Shown: one piece after another, positions 17,186 through 20,820 of the stretch
How the letters are laid out: every line of letters begins with the position of its first letter
Numbering within the stretch: the stretch's first letter is position 1
Sequence record: SRR2962707_1393
DNA length: 20,820 bases
Direction: 5' to 3' (one strand)
The notes under the pieces: generated by a model
Databases searched by the model: none
The model's input: the letters and a program-made list of their open reading frames with translations, nothing else
What the model was told of the DNA's origin: nothing
Made by a program: the position numbers and the translations under genes

Positions 17186-18541
17186 TCACCCGTGAAAATG
17201 CGATGGGATTTTCGTCGATCCCCACACCATAATGTCTTGGCGCGCGCGCAATTTCGCGATCAATGAGCCTGCTTTGGGTGTGGCATTATCAAAAGTGATA
17301 AGCGAACCCTTGGCAATATCAGTCAGCGCTTTACCGTCTTGCAACAAGCCGCACGGCACAGCGCTTTTCGCGCGCGCTTCTACTGTCGTCATTGTCCAAG
17401 AGCGGTAGCAATATTCACCAACGGCATCGAGTGTTTCGCCTGCTTTAATATCGCGCTTGGCGACCGCACAAACTTCTGCAACTGGCTTTGCCAGCGGCAC
17501 CATGTCAGGTCGGCCCTTGAGGATGAGGCGCGCGGCAGTAAGCGGCACTTCCAACGAGGTCAAATGATAAGGACGGTGGAACGTAAAATATGGCCCCTCG
17601 CCCATTTTAAGGTCAGACATACGCTCATGAATGCGCGGATGTTCAGCCTTAATGACAACAAATACGCCGGGCGAAACGCCTTTGCCGATTGAATAATCAA
17701 CGCAGCCAGATTTTGTCAGCACGCCGCCATCCTCGATCGGGATGAGCGTTGTGGCCAATTCGCTCACACTGGCTTTGGGCCCATGCATACCTGGCACATC
17801 GGGCACTAGGCCGGTAGCATTGGCGATTGCGGCCATTTCAACCATGGTTTTTGAGCCGTCGACGAATTCCACCAACATGCGCACATTCATGTTTCTGCGC
17901 TCGGCTTCTTCGCGGTAATCATCGGGAATAGCGTCAAAGTTAAGCGGGTTGTTTTTACCTTTGCCAGCGCTCACGACCGAGTGGCCCATCGAAGTCACAA
18001 ATTCGATCAGTTCCATACAGGACGACGGTTCATCGCCTGAGCCCAGCGTATATATTACGCCTGCCTTATCGGCCTCTGATTTCAAATAAGGGCCGATACA
18101 CACATCACATTCAACGTTCATCATGATGAGATGTTTGCCAAAACCAATCGCGCGCATTCCAATATCTGCGCCAGCTTCTGGTACGCCGGTTGCATCGATT
18201 ACTACATCAACCAGTTCATGGCTAAGCGCCAGATCAAGATCCTGCGTCACAGCAATTTTATGTGATGCCATCGCATCGCTGATTTGATCATGGTTTGAGG
18301 CATTGACCGTGCGACCATCTACGCCATAGGCAATCTTTGCGCCGATAGCCGCTTTGCCGAGAGTCCGTTCAACAACAACGCCAATTTCAATACCATTCAT
18401 CATCGCAACTTGCGTGAAAATATCCGTACCCATTTCGCCCGTGCCAACAAGCGCGATACGGATGGGGCGTCCGGCATCGGCACGCGCTTTTAAATCTGCG
18501 GCTAAACCGACTAAACGGACATTGGGATGTGGTGTGATCAT
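17186..18541 (-). CDS. NAD(P)-dependent oxidoreductase, homoserine-dehydrogenase-like with C-terminal SAF domain (COG4091 type)
   Basis: Rossmann IALVGTGEMG, DATG, KHLIMMNVE.D, GDEP, GKGKNN, DGSKT..EM, RPYHL, and SAF-like AVAKRDIKAGETLD. The start is uncertain (ATG 18541 vs TTG 18556) because there is no clear RBS. Confidence 0.85.
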   Translation of the reverse strand: MITPHPNVRLVGLAADLKARADAGRPIRIALVGTGEMGTDIFTQVAMMNGIEIGVVVERTLGKAAIGAKIAYGVDGRTVNASNHDQISDAMASHKIAVTQDLDLALSHELVDVVIDATGVPEAGADIGMRAIGFGKHLIMMNVECDVCIGPYLKSEADKAGVIYTLGSGDEPSSCMELIEFVTSMGHSVVSAGKGKNNPLNFDAIPDDYREEAERRNMNVRMLVEFVDGSKTMVEMAAIANATGLVPDVPGMHGPKASVSELATTLIPIEDGGVLTKSGCVDYSIGKGVSPGVFVVIKAEHPRIHERMSDLKMGEGPYFTFHRPYHLTSLEVPLTAARLILKGRPDMVPLAKPVAEVCAVAKRDIKAGETLDAVGEYCYRSWTMTTVEARAKSAVPCGLLQDGKALTDIAKGSLITFDNATPKAGSLIAKLRARQDIMVWGSTKIPSHFHG

Positions 18542-18625
18542 CAAGAAAAGGCTCAATTACTATTTACAACCACGCCCTAGCAAAGAATCGCGGCCAAAGC
18601 GACTGGGAAGTGAATTGAAAGCTGT

Positions 18626-19651
18626 TTAGCTGTCTGCGTAGCCTTCAGGGTTTTGAGACTGCCAGCGCCATGTGTCGACACACATATCTTCCACCGTTTT
18701 CTCAGCGCTCCAACCCAGCAATGCGTGTGCCTTGGACGCATCTGCATAGCATGATGCAACATCGCCAGCACGGCGAGCGGCCATCTTAACCGGTATTTTT
18801 TTACCGCTGGCCTTTTCAAATGCCGACACCATTTCAAGCACCGAGATACCATTGCCCGTGCCTAGATTGATCGCGGTGCATTGTGGTTCATCTAATAGAT
18901 TTAGCGCTGCAACATGGCCTTTAGCCAAATCCACCACATGGATATAATCGCGCACACCGGTGCCATCGGGTGTATCATAATCATTGCCAAATATGGATAG
19001 ATGATCGCGCCGACCGACGGCTGTCTGGCTAATGAAAGGCATTAGATTACTGGGAATATCGGCAGGATCTTCGCCAATATGGCCCGATAGATGCGCGCCC
19101 ACCGGATTAAAATAGCGCAAAATACAAATCGACCATTCAGGATCGGCGCTATGCAGCGCACGCAGCATCTCTTCTGCCATCAATTTGGTTTGTCCGTAGA
19201 CGCTTGCCGTCGAAAGCGGATGCGTCTCTGGAATGGGCAGCTCTTTTGGTTCGCCATAAACCGTAGCCGACGATGAAAAGATTAGCTTTTTAACGCCGGT
19301 ATTGGCCATTGCGGTCAGCAAGCGCTCCGTTCCGCCGACATTAACCTCGTAATATTTCAGCGGCTCGGCCATGCTTTCACCCACGGCCTTAAAGCCTGCA
19401 AAGTGGATTACAGCGCCGCAATCATAATCTATGATTACTTTTTCGATACTGGCAACATCTCGAATGTCGCCTTCAATAAAAATTGGCGGCGCTTGAAAAA
19501 GCGTCGCCAAGCGATCCAAAACTTTTGGCGATGAATTGGCAAAATTATCTAAAATAACCGGCGTATATCCAGCTTCTTTTAATTCAACATAGGTGTGTGA
19601 ACCAATATATCCAGCACCGCCGGTTACTAAAATCTTTTTCGCTTTATCCAT
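18626..19651 (-). CDS. galE: UDP-glucose 4-epimerase
   Basis: ILVTGGAGYIGSH, HFAGFKAVGES, FSSSATVYG, YGQTK, LRYFNPVGAH and DGTGVRDYIHV. The ATG at 19651 overlaps the cysNC stop region. Confidence 0.96.
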   Translation of the reverse strand: MDKAKKILVTGGAGYIGSHTYVELKEAGYTPVILDNFANSSPKVLDRLATLFQAPPIFIEGDIRDVASIEKVIIDYDCGAVIHFAGFKAVGESMAEPLKYYEVNVGGTERLLTAMANTGVKKLIFSSSATVYGEPKELPIPETHPLSTASVYGQTKLMAEEMLRALHSADPEWSICILRYFNPVGAHLSGHIGEDPADIPSNLMPFISQTAVGRRDHLSIFGNDYDTPDGTGVRDYIHVVDLAKGHVAALNLLDEPQCTAINLGTGNGISVLEMVSAFEKASGKKIPVKMAARRAGDVASCYADASKAHALLGWSAEKTVEDMCVDTWRWQSQNPEGYADS

Positions 19652-20820
19652 CAATCGCCGATATAATTCCGTTTTTTAGCATCATCTCAATTATCGCGTC
19701 TGCGGATTGGTCTGCGCTTAGTTGTGTTGTATCTAGAACTATATCAGGTTGTATTGGTGGCTCATAGACTGAATCAATGCCCGTAAAGTTCTTGATTTCG
19801 CCCGCACGCGCCTTTTTATATAGCCCCTTCACATCGCGCTGTTCAGCCACCTCCAGCGGTGTTTTCACATAGACGATGAAGAATTCGCCAGCCGCAACAC
19901 GCTCGCGGGCCATGCGGCGCTCATTCATAAATGGTGAGATAAACGACACCAATGTGATCAATCCAGCCTCGACCATCAGCGATGCGACCTCTGATACGCG
20001 GCGAATGTTTTCCACACGGTCTGTGTCAGTGAAACCCAAGTCTTGATTGAGGCCGTGGCGCACATTGTCGCCATCAAGCAACATTGTGTGATACCCGCTG
20101 GTTGTCAGTTTCTTTTCAAGAATATTGGCAATGGTTGATTTTCCCGAGCCTGACAGACCTGAGAACCATAGCACGCAAGGCTTTTGCTGTTTGATAGCAG
20201 CGCGAGTTGCCTTGTTCACTTCCGTTGCTTGCCAATGAATATTGCCAGAACGGCGCAACGCGAAATGCAACATGCCCATACCAACAGTGACATTGGTCAT
20301 TTTGTCGATCAGAATAAAACCGCCCGTATCACGGTTGGTTGTATAGGGATCAAACGGGATTTGGCGATCAAGCGATATGTTGCAGATGCCGATCTCGTTG
20401 AGTTGTAGATTGCGCGTTGGCTCATGGGCCATCGTGTTTACATCGATTTTATATTTCGGTGTGGCCAGCGTTGCCTGCGCATTCGCTGTGCCGCACTTCA
20501 TGACATAGGTACGCCCTGGGAACATCGCCTTATCAGCAAGCCAAAGCACCTGCGCTTCAAACTGATTGCCAATTTCAGCAGGCTGATCAGCTTTACAGAT
20601 CAAGTCGCCGCGCGAAATGTCGATTTCATCTTCAAGCGTCAGCGTGACAGATTGGCCTGCCACCGCTTCATCCAAATCGCCATTAAAGGTGACAATGCGT
20701 TTGACGGTGCTTTCTTTGGCAGACGGCATGACTTTGATTTTGTCGCCAGGCTTGATCGTGCCGCCAGCGATCTGGCCGGAGAAGCCGCGAAAATCAAGGT
20801 TCGGGCGGTTAACCCACTGC
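19644..20820 (-). CDS. cysNC: Bifunctional sulfate adenylyltransferase subunit 1 / APS kinase (CysNC/NodQ), 3' portion; start lies beyond the right edge
   Basis: The frame is open from the edge (QWVNRPNLDFRGFSGQIAGG). CysN C-terminal domains (DISRGD, LNEIG, TGGFILID) are fused to APS kinase (WFSGLSGSGKST, LDGDNVRHGL, RVENIRR, DVKGLYKKA). Confidence 0.95.
   Translation of the reverse strand, partial: QWVNRPNLDFRGFSGQIAGGTIKPGDKIKVMPSAKESTVKRIVTFNGDLDEAVAGQSVTLTLEDEIDISRGDLICKADQPAEIGNQFEAQVLWLADKAMFPGRTYVMKCGTANAQATLATPKYKIDVNTMAHEPTRNLQLNEIGICNISLDRQIPFDPYTTNRDTGGFILIDKMTNVTVGMGMLHFALRRSGNIHWQATEVNKATRAAIKQQKPCVLWFSGLSGSGKSTIANILEKKLTTSGYHTMLLDGDNVRHGLNQDLGFTDTDRVENIRRVSEVASLMVEAGLITLVSFISPFMNERRMARERVAAGEFFIVYVKTPLEVAEQRDVKGLYKKARAGEIKNFTGIDSVYEPPIQPDIVLDTTQLSADQSADAIIEMMLKNGIISAIDG

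Overview
This window looks like core-chromosome DNA from an alphaproteobacterium. Protein similarity suggests Rhizobiales/Hyphomicrobiales, with roughly 50% GC by eye and AT-rich intergenic spacers; a marine Ahrensia-like lineage is only an inference. It is densely coding. In order: 5' part of mrpA/phaA (missing from the ORF track because it runs off the left edge), msrB, ptrB, a cycF-cycG c-type cytochrome pair, Fe/Mn SOD, type II haloacid dehalogenase, Tat-lipoprotein L,D-transpeptidase, DUF853 HerA-like ATPase, a small Met/Gly-rich DUF2267-like protein, a Tat-exported beta-helix protein, a 68-aa membrane protein plus a YbjQ-family gene, and a co-oriented minus-strand run cysNC(partial)-galE-SAF-domain oxidoreductase-dxs-PMM/PGM-asparaginase II. 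I found no tRNA/rRNA, IS, prophage or CRISPR array, and no clearly novel system is demonstrable from the sequence. The best leads are dxs and an orphan SAF oxidoreductase inside a sulfate-activation/nucleotide-sugar run, a near-consensus LiuR-type palindrome upstream of an uncharacterised protein, the small-protein/YbjQ module, and several unexplained regulatory repeats.
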